The position numbers and the translations under genes were made by a program. A stretch of DNA of 64,000 nt, taken from Burkholderiales bacterium. GTDB taxonomy: Bacteria; Pseudomonadota; Gammaproteobacteria; Burkholderiales; Casimicrobiaceae. Position 1 is the stretch's first letter. Each line of letters begins with the position of its first letter. Shown in pieces: positions 29,897 through 39,693 of this stretch. Under the pieces are notes generated by a model. That model was not told the DNA's origin. It ran no database searches and was given only the letters and a program-made list of their open reading frames with translations. The stretch covers positions 239,674 through 303,673 of the forward strand of contig JAXMFN010000003.1 of NCBI GenBank assembly GCA_046347725.1. The letters are read 5' to 3'.

Positions 29897-30652
29897 ATGT
29901 CGTCATGGCTCGAAGGCCGCGTGGTCGCCCGGCGCGACTGGACCGGAACGCTCTTCTCGCTCGTCGTCGACGCACCGGGACTGGAATTCGACGCGGGACA
30001 GTTCGCCCGCCTCGCGTTGCCCGCCCCCCCCGGTTCGACCGAGCCGATGGTCGGTCGCCCCTATTCGTTCGTGAATCCCCCGGGCGCACCTCAGCACGAG
30101 TTCCTCTCGGTCATCGTACCGGGGGGGCCGCTGTCGCCCCGACTGGCGGCGCTCTCGGCGGGCTCGTCGATCTGGCTGGGTCCGCGGGCGAACGGGTTCT
30201 TCTGCGTGTCCGAGGTGCCCGGGGCCGGCACCCTTTGGTGCCTCGCGACCGGCACCGGGCTCGGTCCGTTCCTGTCGATCCTGCGCACCGACGCGCCCTG
30301 GGAGAAGTTCGGGCGGGTCGTGCTGGTCCACGCGGTCCGTCTGGGCGCCGAGCTCGTCTACCCCGAGGTCATCGACGGCATCGGTCGGCAGCGGGCCGGC
30401 GCGTTCGTCTATGTTCCGGTCGTCAGTCGCGAGGCGCATCCCGCGGCGCTCCGGGGCCGCATCCCGGCGCTGATCGACGACGGCGGGCTCGAAGCGCGCG
30501 CCGGCGTCGCCCTCACCGCCGAGGATTCGCAGGCGATGCTGTGCGGTAATCCGGCGATGGTCGACGACGTCCAGGCGGTGCTCGGAAAGCGCGGGATGCG
30601 GCGGCACCGGCGGCGGGAGCCGGGGCATATCACCGTCGAGACGTATTGGTAG
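29897..30652 (+). CDS. fpr: Ferredoxin--NADP reductase
   Basis: FDAGQF, RPYS, GPLSP, ATGTGLGPFLS, MLCGNP.MV, terminal ETYW. Confidence 0.9.
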   Translation: MSSWLEGRVVARRDWTGTLFSLVVDAPGLEFDAGQFARLALPAPPGSTEPMVGRPYSFVNPPGAPQHEFLSVIVPGGPLSPRLAALSAGSSIWLGPRANGFFCVSEVPGAGTLWCLATGTGLGPFLSILRTDAPWEKFGRVVLVHAVRLGAELVYPEVIDGIGRQRAGAFVYVPVVSREAHPAALRGRIPALIDDGGLEARAGVALTAEDSQAMLCGNPAMVDDVQAVLGKRGMRRHRRREPGHITVETYW

Positions 30653-30755
30653 GTATTCCGGCGCTCGCGCCCCCTATCTCAGCGGCGGGAACGACATGAT
30701 GATCCGCGCAGGTGTCCGCACGCCGCTGAAAAGGGGGCGCGAGCGCCGGAATACC
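30652..30755. repeat. 104-nt long inverted repeat (rod-like hairpin)
   Basis: Perfect 23-bp arms GGTATTCCGGCGCTCGCGCCCCC (30652-30674) / GGGGGCGCGAGCGCCGGAATACC (30733-30755); inner 9-bp TCAGCGGCG/CGCCGCTGA. Confidence 0.9.
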
Positions 30756-30902
30756 GGTCCGCGTTGGAGCGTCACCGGTGGCGACGCTCAACGCGGACGA
30801 CCTGGAATCGGGAGATGACGGCCGGGTCGAAGGACGTCCTGGGCAGCCACCGGGCGGTGCGCGCCGCCAAGCCAGCGGGCGTACCCGCCGGGTCCGACCG
30901 TC

Positions 30903-32555
30903 TCAGATCATCGGCAGGTCGAGCGCGTGCTTTTTCGCGCAGGCGATCGCGTCGGCGTAGCCGGCGTCGGCGTGGCGCATGACGCCGGTCGCCGGATCGT
31001 TCCACAGCACGCGCTCGATGCGCTTCGCCGCCGCGTCGCTGCCGTCGCAGACGACGACCATTCCGGCGTGCTGCGAGTAGCCCATGCCGACGCCGCCGCC
31101 GTGGTGGAACGATACCCAGGTCGCGCCGGACGCGGTGTTGAGGAGCAGGTTCAGGAGCGCCCAGTCGGATACCGCGTCCGACCCGTCCTTCATCGCCTCG
31201 GTCTCGCGATTGGGGCTCGCGACCGAGCCGGCGTCCAGGTGGTCGCGCCCGATCACGATCGGCGCCTTCAACTCGCCGGATCGCACCATCGCGTTGAACG
31301 CGAGGCCGGCGCGGTGGCGCTGGCCCAGGCCGATCCAGCAGATGCGTGCCGGGAGGCCCTGGAACTTGATCCGCGCGCCGGCCATGTCGAGCCAGCGGCG
31401 CAGCCCCGCGTCCTCGGGGAAGAGCTCGCGCATCCTGTCGTCGGTGCGGCGGATGTCCTCCGGGTCGCCGGAGAGCGCGACCCAGCGGAAGGGCCCCTTG
31501 CCGACGCAGAAGAGCGGTCGGACATAGGCGGGCACGAAGCCGGGGAAATCGAAGGCGTCCCTGACGCCGACGTCCTTCGCTTCCTGGCGGATGTTGTTGC
31601 CGTAGTCGACGCAGGGGATGCCCATCGCGCGGAAACCCAGGATCGCCCGCACGTGGTTGGCGATCGACTCGCGCGCCGAGGTCGCCACCTCGTCGGGCGC
31701 GCGCCGGCGCAGGTCGCGCCACTGCTCGAGCGACCAGTGCTCGGGCAGGTAGCCGTTCGCCGGGTCGTGCGCCGAGGTCTGGTCGGTGACGAGCGACGGG
31801 CGGAACGACGTCGTCTTCGCCAGCTTGAGCAGCCGCGGCATCAGCTCGGCCGCGTTGCCGGCGAGCCCGACCGACACCGGCGATTTCGCCTCGGCGAGGA
31901 TCTTCATCGCCTCCTCGATCGAGCCCGCCTTGCGGTCGAGGTAGCCGGTGGCGAGGCGCATGTCGATGCGCGTCGGGTCGCATTCGATGGCGAGCATCGA
32001 GGCGCCGGCCATCGTCGCGGCGAGCGGCTGCGCCCCGCCCATGCCGCCCAGTCCGGCGGTCAGGATCCACTTGCCCGACCAGTCGCCGCCGTAGTGCTGG
32101 CGGCCGGCTTCAGCGAAGGTCTCGTAGGTGCCCTGGACGATCCCCTGACTGCCGATGTAGATCCACGAACCCGCCGTCATCTGGCCGTACATCATCAGGC
32201 CCTTGCGGTCGAGCTCGTTGAAGTGCTTCCAAGTCGCCCAGTGCGGAACGAGGTTCGAGTTGGCGATCAGGACCCGCGGCGCGTCGGCGTGCGTGCGGAA
32301 GACGCCGACCGGCTTGCCGGACTGGATCAGCAACGACTGGTCGGACGCGAGGCGGCGCAGCGCCTCGACGATCCGCTCGTAGCAATCCCAGTCGCGCGCC
32401 GCCTTGCCGATGCCGCCGTAGACGACCAGGTCCTCGGGACGCTCGGCGACCTCGGGGTCCAGGTTGTTCATCAGCATGCGCAGCGGCGCCTCGGTGAGCC
32501 AGCTCTTCGCCGAAAGCGTCGGGCCGCGCGGGGCGCGGATCGTTCGTGCGGTCAT
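30903..32555 (-). CDS. hutU: Urocanate hydratase
   Basis: [59 protein letters not shown]. Confidence 0.98.
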   Translation of the reverse strand: MTARTIRAPRGPTLSAKSWLTEAPLRMLMNNLDPEVAERPEDLVVYGGIGKAARDWDCYERIVEALRRLASDQSLLIQSGKPVGVFRTHADAPRVLIANSNLVPHWATWKHFNELDRKGLMMYGQMTAGSWIYIGSQGIVQGTYETFAEAGRQHYGGDWSGKWILTAGLGGMGGAQPLAATMAGASMLAIECDPTRIDMRLATGYLDRKAGSIEEAMKILAEAKSPVSVGLAGNAAELMPRLLKLAKTTSFRPSLVTDQTSAHDPANGYLPEHWSLEQWRDLRRRAPDEVATSARESIANHVRAILGFRAMGIPCVDYGNNIRQEAKDVGVRDAFDFPGFVPAYVRPLFCVGKGPFRWVALSGDPEDIRRTDDRMRELFPEDAGLRRWLDMAGARIKFQGLPARICWIGLGQRHRAGLAFNAMVRSGELKAPIVIGRDHLDAGSVASPNRETEAMKDGSDAVSDWALLNLLLNTASGATWVSFHHGGGVGMGYSQHAGMVVVCDGSDAAAKRIERVLWNDPATGVMRHADAGYADAIACAKKHALDLPMI

Positions 32556-32694
32556 GGTCGTGCTCGCGCGGGGGAGAGCACGCGAGGGTCGCGCGCCGGC
32601 CGCCGCGATCGGCGGCGGCTTCGACGAGCATTGTAGCCAGTCGGGCCGCGCCCCCGGCCGGAGGCGCGGTCTCGCCGACAGGAGGCGGCGTCGG

Positions 32695-33072
32695 TCAGCC
32701 GGCGGCCGGGATGCAGCGACGCAGCGCGGACGCCTCGCCGTTCTGGACCCACTGCGGTTCGTTGACCTGCGCCGGCTGGTCGCCGCGGTGCTTGAGCGCC
32801 ACCGTGCCGTCGGTGTAGTAGGCGCCCGAGCGGACCTCGCGGCGCTTGAGCACGCGGGCAGGAGCCCCGGGGAGAGTCACCGTGGCTTCGTCGCCGGCGA
32901 TGCGGATGTCGATGTCGCGACCGTTCAGATCGCAGGCCCACCGGCCGGCGGCCGACGGCGATTGCGCCGCCGCGATCGGCGAGGTGCAGGTCAGCGCGGC
33001 GGCGAACCCTAGCCGGATGGCGATCGCGGCGGTGATCACGTGCTTCGGACGACGGATACGAGGGTGACGCAT
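32695..33072 (-). CDS. Small exported protein, MliC/PliC-like
   Basis: Signal-like segment, two Cys (WAC, RRC), SGAYY resembling the SGx(R/K)Y lysozyme-inhibitor motif. Start uncertain. Confidence 0.5.
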   Translation of the reverse strand: MRHPRIRRPKHVITAAIAIRLGFAAALTCTSPIAAAQSPSAAGRWACDLNGRDIDIRIAGDEATVTLPGAPARVLKRREVRSGAYYTDGTVALKHRGDQPAQVNEPQWVQNGEASALRRCIPAAG

Positions 33073-33211
33073 GGCGTAGGCTCCAGGTTGTCGGAAGAAC
33101 CCCCAGAGGTCGCGAGCGTAGCGCCCGGAACGGAGCGCACCTTGCGGCTGCGACGGGTCGTTCGGGCGCGACGACGGTGCGCGCCCGGCGCCGACGAAAC
33201 GCGTGGACGAC

Positions 33212-35872
33212 TCAGCGATCGAGGCTGCGCCCGACGATCTCGCTCGTGTCCGGCGACAGCCGCGGTGCCGAGCCGATGCGCTTCAACTCGATGTGCATGC
33301 GCTCGCGGCGCGGATCGGGGAAGCGCCTCCACAGCTCGAAGGCCGAGGCGATTCGCGCGGCGAGCTGGGGATTGGTCGCGTCGAGGGCGAGAACCTGGTC
33401 GGCGACGAACGCGTAGCCGGAGCCGTCGGCGGCGTGGAAGCGGGCGAAGTTGCGCAGCGCGAACGCGCCGACCAGCGCGCGCACGCGGTTGGGATTGCGG
33501 GCGTTGAACCTGGGATGCGCGATCAGCCGCCGCACCCGCGCCAGCGCGTCCGGACGGCGGCTGGTCGCCTCCAGCGCGAACCACTTGTCGAGGACCAGCG
33601 GCTCGTCGCGCCAGCGCGCCTCGAAACGGGCGTACAGATCGTCCCGCTCGGCGGACGTCCCGTCGGCGAGCGCGGCCAGCGCCGCGATCGAGTCGGTCAT
33701 GTTGTCGGCTTCGGCGAACTGCGCCACGGCGAGCGCGCGCGCCACCGAATCGCCGCGTTCGACGAGGAAACGCAGGCACAGGTTGGCGAGCCGGCGCGCC
33801 GCCGCCTGCGCCTGCGTCGGCCGGTACGCCGCCGGAACGCGATGAGCGGCGCGCGTGCGTTCGAACCGGTCGGCGTGGACGCGCGCGAGCTCGCGCCCGA
33901 GGAAGGCCCGGGCGCGATCGACTCCGTCGACGTCGATCGACGGCTCGAGCGCGGCGACGTAGGCCGGATCCGGCGGGGCGAGCGCCAGCGCGACGAGCGA
34001 GGGGTCGCTGGTCCGGTCGTCGAGCAGCGCCGCGACCATCCGCGACAGCGGGTCGGGCAGCGCCAGCGGCGCGCCGGCCCGGTGGTCGGCCGCGAGCGCG
34101 AGTATCGACCGGGTGTAGACGCGCTGCGCCGCGTCCCAGCGGTTGACCGGGTCGCTGTCGTGCGAGGCGAGGAGCGCGAGCGCCCGGTCGTCGTAGTCGA
34201 ACTCGACGCGAACCGGTGCGGAGTAGCCGCGGGCGAGCGAGGGGACCGGCGGGGCGTCGATACCGTGGAAGGTCCACGACCGGCTCGGCGTCCTCAGCTC
34301 GAGCAGGACCGTTTCCGCGGGTTCCTTCTTTCCGCCCTCGACGGTGAACGGCAGATCGCCGCCGTCCGGTCCGAGCAGACCGACGGCGATCGGGATGTGG
34401 AGCGGTTCCTTCACCGCCTGTCCGGGCGTCGGCTCGGTGTGCTGTTCGACGTCGAGCGTGTAGGCGCGTCGCGTCGCGTCGTAGCGTCCGCTCGCACGGA
34501 CGATCGGCGTTCCCGCCTGCGAGTACCAGCGACGGAACTGTCCGAGATCGACGCCGGACGCGTCGGACATCGCATCGACGAAATCGTCGCAGGTCACCGC
34601 GGCGCCGTCGTGCCGCTCGAAATAGAGGTCGAGGCCGCGACGGAAGCGCTCGCGTCCGAGGAGCGCGTGCTGCATGCGGATCAACTCGGCGCCTTTCTCG
34701 TAGACGGTCGCTGTGTAGAAGTTGTTGATCTCCTGGTACTCGTCGGGCCGCACCGGATGGGCCATCGGCCCGGCGTCCTCCGGCATCTGGATGCGGCGCA
34801 GGTTCTCGACCGCGCCGATCCGTTCGACGGCGCGCGAGCCCATGTCGCTCGAGAATTCCTGGTCGCGGAAGACGGTGAGTCCCTCCTTGAGCGAAAGCTG
34901 GAACCAGTCGCGGCAGGTGACGCGGTTGCCGGTCCAGTTGTGGAAGTACTCGTGGCCGACCACCGCCTCGATCGCCGCGTAGTCGTCGTCGGTCGCGGTC
35001 GCCGGGTCGGCGAGCACGAGGCGGCTGTTGAAGATGTTGAGCCCCTTGTTCTCCATCGCGCCGAAGTTGAAATCATCGGCGCAGAAGATCATGAACCGGT
35101 CGAGGTCGTACTCGAGTCCCCAGGTGTCCTCGTCCCAGCGCATCGCCCGCTTCAGGCACTCCATCGCCCAGTGGCAGCGCGGCAGGTTGGCCGGTGTCGA
35201 GAAGATCGACAGAAGGACGCGGCGGCCGGATCGCGTCGTGAACGTGTCGTCGAGCGAGGCGAGATCTCCGGCGACCAGCGCGAACAGGTACGACGGTTTG
35301 GGAAACGGGTCGTGCCAGGTCGCGAAGTGCCGGCCGTCCGGCAGGCCGCCGGCGGCGACCAGGTTGCCGTTGGCGAGCAGCACCGGGTAGCGGCGGGGAT
35401 CGGCGCGCAGCGTCACCGTGTACACCGAGAGCACGTCCGGGCGATCGGGGTAGCAGGTGATCCGCCGGAACCCCTCGGCCTCGCACTGCGTGCAAAAGAC
35501 CCCCGAGGAGACGTACAGACCCTCGAGGGCGGCGTTCGACTGCGGCGCGTTGCGCGAGCGGACGACCAGCGTGCCGGCGTCGGGCGGCCGGAGCAGCGTC
35601 ACGCCGGACGCGGTCACGATGGCGTCGGCCGGTCCCAGCGGTCGTCCGTCGAGCTCGATGCGCACCGTATCCTGCTGCTCGCCGTCCAGGACGAACGGCG
35701 CCTGCCGATCCTGGGCCGCGGCGTCGGGGTTGCGTCGGAACGAGAGCGTCGCCCGGACCTCGGTGGCGGCCGGGTCGAGGTCGAGTTCCAGGCCGACGCG
35801 GTCGATCAGGAACGCCGGCGGCCGGTAGTCGACCCGTCGCTTCGCCGGGCGGTGCGGATCATCGGGCGGCAT
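33212..35872 (-). CDS. pepN: Aminopeptidase N
   Basis: TQCEAEGFR, GAMENKGLN, HEYFHNW(18 aa)E, YEKGAE, NPNRVRAL. Confidence 0.98.
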   Translation of the reverse strand: MPPDDPHRPAKRRVDYRPPAFLIDRVGLELDLDPAATEVRATLSFRRNPDAAAQDRQAPFVLDGEQQDTVRIELDGRPLGPADAIVTASGVTLLRPPDAGTLVVRSRNAPQSNAALEGLYVSSGVFCTQCEAEGFRRITCYPDRPDVLSVYTVTLRADPRRYPVLLANGNLVAAGGLPDGRHFATWHDPFPKPSYLFALVAGDLASLDDTFTTRSGRRVLLSIFSTPANLPRCHWAMECLKRAMRWDEDTWGLEYDLDRFMIFCADDFNFGAMENKGLNIFNSRLVLADPATATDDDYAAIEAVVGHEYFHNWTGNRVTCRDWFQLSLKEGLTVFRDQEFSSDMGSRAVERIGAVENLRRIQMPEDAGPMAHPVRPDEYQEINNFYTATVYEKGAELIRMQHALLGRERFRRGLDLYFERHDGAAVTCDDFVDAMSDASGVDLGQFRRWYSQAGTPIVRASGRYDATRRAYTLDVEQHTEPTPGQAVKEPLHIPIAVGLLGPDGGDLPFTVEGGKKEPAETVLLELRTPSRSWTFHGIDAPPVPSLARGYSAPVRVEFDYDDRALALLASHDSDPVNRWDAAQRVYTRSILALAADHRAGAPLALPDPLSRMVAALLDDRTSDPSLVALALAPPDPAYVAALEPSIDVDGVDRARAFLGRELARVHADRFERTRAAHRVPAAYRPTQAQAAARRLANLCLRFLVERGDSVARALAVAQFAEADNMTDSIAALAALADGTSAERDDLYARFEARWRDEPLVLDKWFALEATSRRPDALARVRRLIAHPRFNARNPNRVRALVGAFALRNFARFHAADGSGYAFVADQVLALDATNPQLAARIASAFELWRRFPDPRRERMHIELKRIGSAPRLSPDTSEIVGRSLDR

Positions 35873-35936
35873 GGCGGCTTGCGGGCGCTTCGGCGAGGCC
35901 GGACGGCCGCCGGGCGTCGGGACGCTCGGCGGGGCG

Positions 35937-36419
35937 TCAGCGGACTTCGAGCAGTTCGACGTCGAAGACCAGCGTCGCGTTCGGCGGGATGACGCCGCCG
36001 GCGCCTCGGGCGCCGTAGCCCAGGTCGGACGGGATGACGAGCGTGCGCTTGCCGCCGACCTTCATGCCGGCGACCCCCTCGTCCCAACCGCGAATCACCC
36101 GGCCACCGCCCAGCGGGAAGCTGAACGGCTCGCGCCGGTCCAACGAGCTGTCGAACTTGCGCCCTTTGCCTTCCGGTTGCGCCGGGTCGTAGAGCCAGCC
36201 GGTGTAGTGGACAACCACCGGCCTGCCGGCGACCGCCTCGGCGCCCTTGCCGGTGACCGTGTCGATCTTCTTGAGTGACGTGACGATGGCATCCATCTTG
36301 CTCGTTCCCTTCGTAGGAGATCCCGGCGGCGGTCCCGACGCCGGTGTTTGCGCGCCCGCTCCGGTCGCGAGCAGAGCGCCGAACGCCAGGGCACGGCAGA
36401 TCGAGCGGGTCGTGGGCAT
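35937..36419 (-). CDS. FKBP-type peptidyl-prolyl cis-trans isomerase
   Basis: [35 protein letters not shown]. Alternative start at 36296. Confidence 0.92.
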   Translation of the reverse strand: MPTTRSICRALAFGALLATGAGAQTPASGPPPGSPTKGTSKMDAIVTSLKKIDTVTGKGAEAVAGRPVVVHYTGWLYDPAQPEGKGRKFDSSLDRREPFSFPLGGGRVIRGWDEGVAGMKVGGKRTLVIPSDLGYGARGAGGVIPPNATLVFDVELLEVR

Positions 36420-36655
36420 GGGGGGTGTCGAGGTGGAAGGGCGCGGAACCCGGGGCGGCCGACCGCTGTCGCACGCCTCTACGGGGTGGCACGTGGGTGC
36501 CGTCCGAGTGCTTTCATTGTATCGGACCGCGGCGGACCGGTTTCGCGCCGGGTGCCGTGATGGCCGATAATAGTCAACCGCCGCGGCCGCGAGGGCCGCG
36601 CGCCACATCAAACGCAGCCGGCTCCTCGGGCGAGCTCGTGAAAGCCACCTGACGC

Positions 36656-38350
36656 ATGTTCGGGTTCCTGACCTCGGGCAAGGACATCGCTGATCCGCTG
36701 GTTTCGGCCAAGGCGGTATCGGTGTGGCTGCGCCAGCTGCCGGCGCTCGACGTGATCGGACGCCAGCAGCACGTGATGCGGGCCTTCGACGCGATGCGCC
36801 TCGCCCGCCAGGGCGTCGATCCCGCGCGCGTGGCCGCGATCCAGTTCCTCGACGCGGCGCTGGGCGCCGACCGCCGCCAGCTGATCCGGCAGTACGTCGA
36901 GAACGCCGAGTCGAGCCCCAAGCTCGCCGAGCGCCTGTGGCAGGCGATCTACGAGATCGCGCAGAACTTCATGATCGCCTACCAGGCGGCGCTCGAAGAG
37001 GCGCTGGCGGCCGGCAACAACGCCCGCTGGAAGCCGATGGTGCCGCTGCTATTCGCGCGCCATACGCACTACGCCGGTACCGACGCGAAACTGCGCGTGT
37101 TCCGCTACGAGCGCTGGATCCCGGCGAAGTGGGCGGAGCTGCACCGCACCTACCTGCGCGCGACCGAGCTCGGCGTCGAGCGCGTCCCCACGGTGCTCGC
37201 GACCGCGGGGCCGAACGCGACCCACTGGACGACCGAGCAGGAATACCTGTACACGCTGCTCGTCCATCAGTTGAGCACCGGCAACATGTCGCCGGCGGAA
37301 ATCGACTGGGCCTGCGCGCAGCTGCGCGCGTGGAGCCGGCGCCTCCAGCTCGACGCGGTGCCGCGTTCGCCGGAGGGGTTCTTCGTCGACATCGCCGGTC
37401 GCACCGGACTGCAGCGGCGCACCGGCACCGACTCCGGATCGATGTTGCGCTATCTCGACACCTCGGCGCTCGACGATCAGATCAACCGCGCGATCGCGGC
37501 GTTGCGCCAGGCCGAGCAGACCGACCAGGGTCCGGCCGGACCGATCAACCAGATCCGGATCGCGGTCCTCGAGAAGGTGCGGCCGGCGGTCGCACCGAAC
37601 GTGCTGTCGGACCTGCGACGCGATCCGCGCGTCTCCTGCAAGGTCGCGGCGCGCGTGCGCATCGGGTTGTCGCGCATCTGTCGCGAGCTCGCGGCCAAGG
37701 ACCTCGCCGACGCGGTGCCCGACGGCGCCGGCACCGAGCAGATCGAGGTCTACGCGGTCGCCGACACGCCCCGGCGACGTCCGACCGTGACTCCCGACGA
37801 GCACGATTCGCTGGTCGCGAGCCTCGCGTCGTTCTCCGATCCGATGTGGCAGGTCAAGGACCGCAGCCTCGCCGGATTGCGGATCGCGGCTTCGGGCGGC
37901 ATCGGGCAGAGCCTGGCGCTCGGCGGGCTCGTCGCGGTCCGGCAGACCGACGTTTCCGACTGGGTGCTCGGCGTCGTGCGCCGTCTCAACAAGGTGTCGA
38001 CCGAGGACGTCGAGGCGGGCGTCGCGATCATCGCCGAACGCTTCGTGCCGGTCACGCTGCACGCGCGCCGCGACGCGCGCGACGACATGAGCTTCGTGGT
38101 CAACGGCATGGACATCGCGACGATGGGCACGCGGTTCGACGGCCTCTACCTGCCGCCGCCATCGCGTCCCGACAAGCCGCTCGCGGTCAAGACGCTGATC
38201 GTGCCGACGCAGGAGTATTCCGACGGCCGCAACGTGATCCTGATGACCGGGCGGTCGGTCTACACGGTCGCGTTGCGCCACCTGGTCGAGCAGCGTCCCG
38301 ACTGGAGCTGGGCGACGATCCAGGTGCTCGAGAAGAAATCCCGCGTGTAG
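36656..38350 (+). CDS. Conserved cytoplasmic protein, FimW-like helical region with a degenerate PilZ-like C-terminus
   Basis: W.ELH..Y..A..LG; C-terminal D.S..G.R motif (DRSLAGLR) and W.LG.VRR; strong GC3 coding bias. Family assignment is inferred. Confidence 0.55.
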   Translation: MFGFLTSGKDIADPLVSAKAVSVWLRQLPALDVIGRQQHVMRAFDAMRLARQGVDPARVAAIQFLDAALGADRRQLIRQYVENAESSPKLAERLWQAIYEIAQNFMIAYQAALEEALAAGNNARWKPMVPLLFARHTHYAGTDAKLRVFRYERWIPAKWAELHRTYLRATELGVERVPTVLATAGPNATHWTTEQEYLYTLLVHQLSTGNMSPAEIDWACAQLRAWSRRLQLDAVPRSPEGFFVDIAGRTGLQRRTGTDSGSMLRYLDTSALDDQINRAIAALRQAEQTDQGPAGPINQIRIAVLEKVRPAVAPNVLSDLRRDPRVSCKVAARVRIGLSRICRELAAKDLADAVPDGAGTEQIEVYAVADTPRRRPTVTPDEHDSLVASLASFSDPMWQVKDRSLAGLRIAASGGIGQSLALGGLVAVRQTDVSDWVLGVVRRLNKVSTEDVEAGVAIIAERFVPVTLHARRDARDDMSFVVNGMDIATMGTRFDGLYLPPPSRPDKPLAVKTLIVPTQEYSDGRNVILMTGRSVYTVALRHLVEQRPDWSWATIQVLEKKSRV

Positions 38351-38552
38351 GGGGACCCCCCCGAGGCGCTGCGCGCCGCCCCCCAGGGGGCGACCCCGCG
38401 CTCGAGGCGGCTCTTCGCGCGGGGTGCTGATCCCCCCGAAGCGGCCTTCGGCCGCCGCCCCCCAGGGGGCAGGGTGGCGACCTCGGGGCGGCGGGTGAAC
38501 ATCCCCCCGAAGCGGCCTTCGGTCGCCGCCCCCCAGGGGGCAGGGTGGCGAC
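38351..38552. repeat. Three-unit array of a CCCCCCG...CGCCGCCCCCCAGGGGG repeat
   Basis: 17-nt core at 38374-38390, 38453-38469 and 38524-38540 (79 and 71 nt spacing), each preceded by a small hairpin. Confidence 0.85.
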
Positions 38553-38570
38553 CCCGGGCCGGCTCGGCGG

Positions 38571-39683
38571 TCAGCGCAGGAGGTCGCGCCAGGCGGCGGT
38601 CGAGGCGAGGCCGCGTCGATGGAAGAACACGAGCTTCGCCAGGGCGGCGAAGACCGGGTTGCCGATCGCCAGGTCGAAGAGCCGGTCGCTCTGGACGCGG
38701 TCGAAGGCGGCCCGTGCCAGCCGCTTGGCGCGGAAGCGAGGCGCCGCCGGATCGACGACCAGCGGGACGTCGTCGGGGGGCGCGGATGTCGCGAGGACCG
38801 CCACCAGCGACTCGCCCAGGCGTCGTCCCGACTCGAGCGCCGTGTGGATGCCGCCCGCGGTGAGCGGCGAGACCAGTCCGGCGGCGTCGCCGACGAGCGT
38901 GACGCGGTCGCCGGCTCGGGGACGGACCGGCCCTCCGATCGGGATCAGGCCGGCGCGCCGGCCCGAGACGCGCCCGCCGGAAAGCCCGATGCGCGGCCCG
39001 ATCGCCGCGAGGAACTCGTCGATGTCCGGTGTCGCCTCCCCGCGGGCGTGCGAGGCCGCGAGGCCGGCCTGGACGAGCCCGACCCCGGCGAACGCCCAGC
39101 CGATGTAGCCCCGGGCCCGGCGCGCGTCGAGGAAGCAATGCAGTCGCCCGGGTTCGGCGAGCGTGGCGTCGGCGATCTCGGCCTCGGCTCCGAAAAGGAA
39201 GCGCGTGTTGAGCCCCAGTCCGCAGACGCGCGCGACGCGCGACTTCGGTCCGTCGGCGCCGACGAGGAAGCGCGCCTCGCGTCCGGCCGACGTGCGCCAG
39301 CCGCCGTCGGTGCGCTGCGCGTCGTCGAACGCCTCGCCGGTCGCGACGTCGACACCGTGGTCGCGCACCCGGTCGACCAGCCATCGCATCAGCGCCGGCG
39401 TATCGGTCGCGAGGAAGAAGTAGCCCGGCGAATCGAGCGCGAGGCTGCGGCCGCCGGGGGCGTGCAGGCGTACGCCGGCGATCGGACGCGCGAGCGCGTC
39501 GGGAAGCCGGGCGATCGCGTCGATCTCGGCGAGCGCCTCCTTGACCACGATGCCGGTCGTGTGAAGCCGCTCGCCGGGATCGTGCCGCCGCTCGACGAGT
39601 GTCACCCGTGCCCCGGCGCGCGACGCGGCCACGGCGCAGGCGACGCCGGCGAAACTCGCGCCGACGATCAGCGCGTCGCGCAC
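38571..39683 (-). CDS. Geranylgeranyl-reductase-like FAD-dependent oxidoreductase
   Basis: IVGASFAG, LVGADG, GYIGWAF, LVGDAAGLVSPLTAGGI. Confidence 0.82.
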   Translation of the reverse strand: MRDALIVGASFAGVACAVAASRAGARVTLVERRHDPGERLHTTGIVVKEALAEIDAIARLPDALARPIAGVRLHAPGGRSLALDSPGYFFLATDTPALMRWLVDRVRDHGVDVATGEAFDDAQRTDGGWRTSAGREARFLVGADGPKSRVARVCGLGLNTRFLFGAEAEIADATLAEPGRLHCFLDARRARGYIGWAFAGVGLVQAGLAASHARGEATPDIDEFLAAIGPRIGLSGGRVSGRRAGLIPIGGPVRPRAGDRVTLVGDAAGLVSPLTAGGIHTALESGRRLGESLVAVLATSAPPDDVPLVVDPAAPRFRAKRLARAAFDRVQSDRLFDLAIGNPVFAALAKLVFFHRRGLASTAAWRDLLR

Positions 39684-39693
39684 GATCCGGCGT

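Noticed and set aside
30652-30755. Hairpin as SRP (4.5S) or 6S RNA
   Set aside because: No CAGG-CCGGAAGG-AGCAG domain IV motif on either strand; too short for 6S and without its central bubble.
33203-35992. 929-aa plus-strand ORF and similar long ORFs (12236..14965, 12358..15126, 15295..17781, 23753..25906, 56473..58905, 56547..58997)
   Set aside because: Antisense or alternate-frame shadows of recognisable genes; Arg/Gly/Ala-rich composition is expected from stop-codon scarcity at high GC.
36487-36503. TGGCACGTGGGTGC as a sigma54 promoter
   Set aside because: GG-to-GC spacing is 9 nt rather than the required 10.
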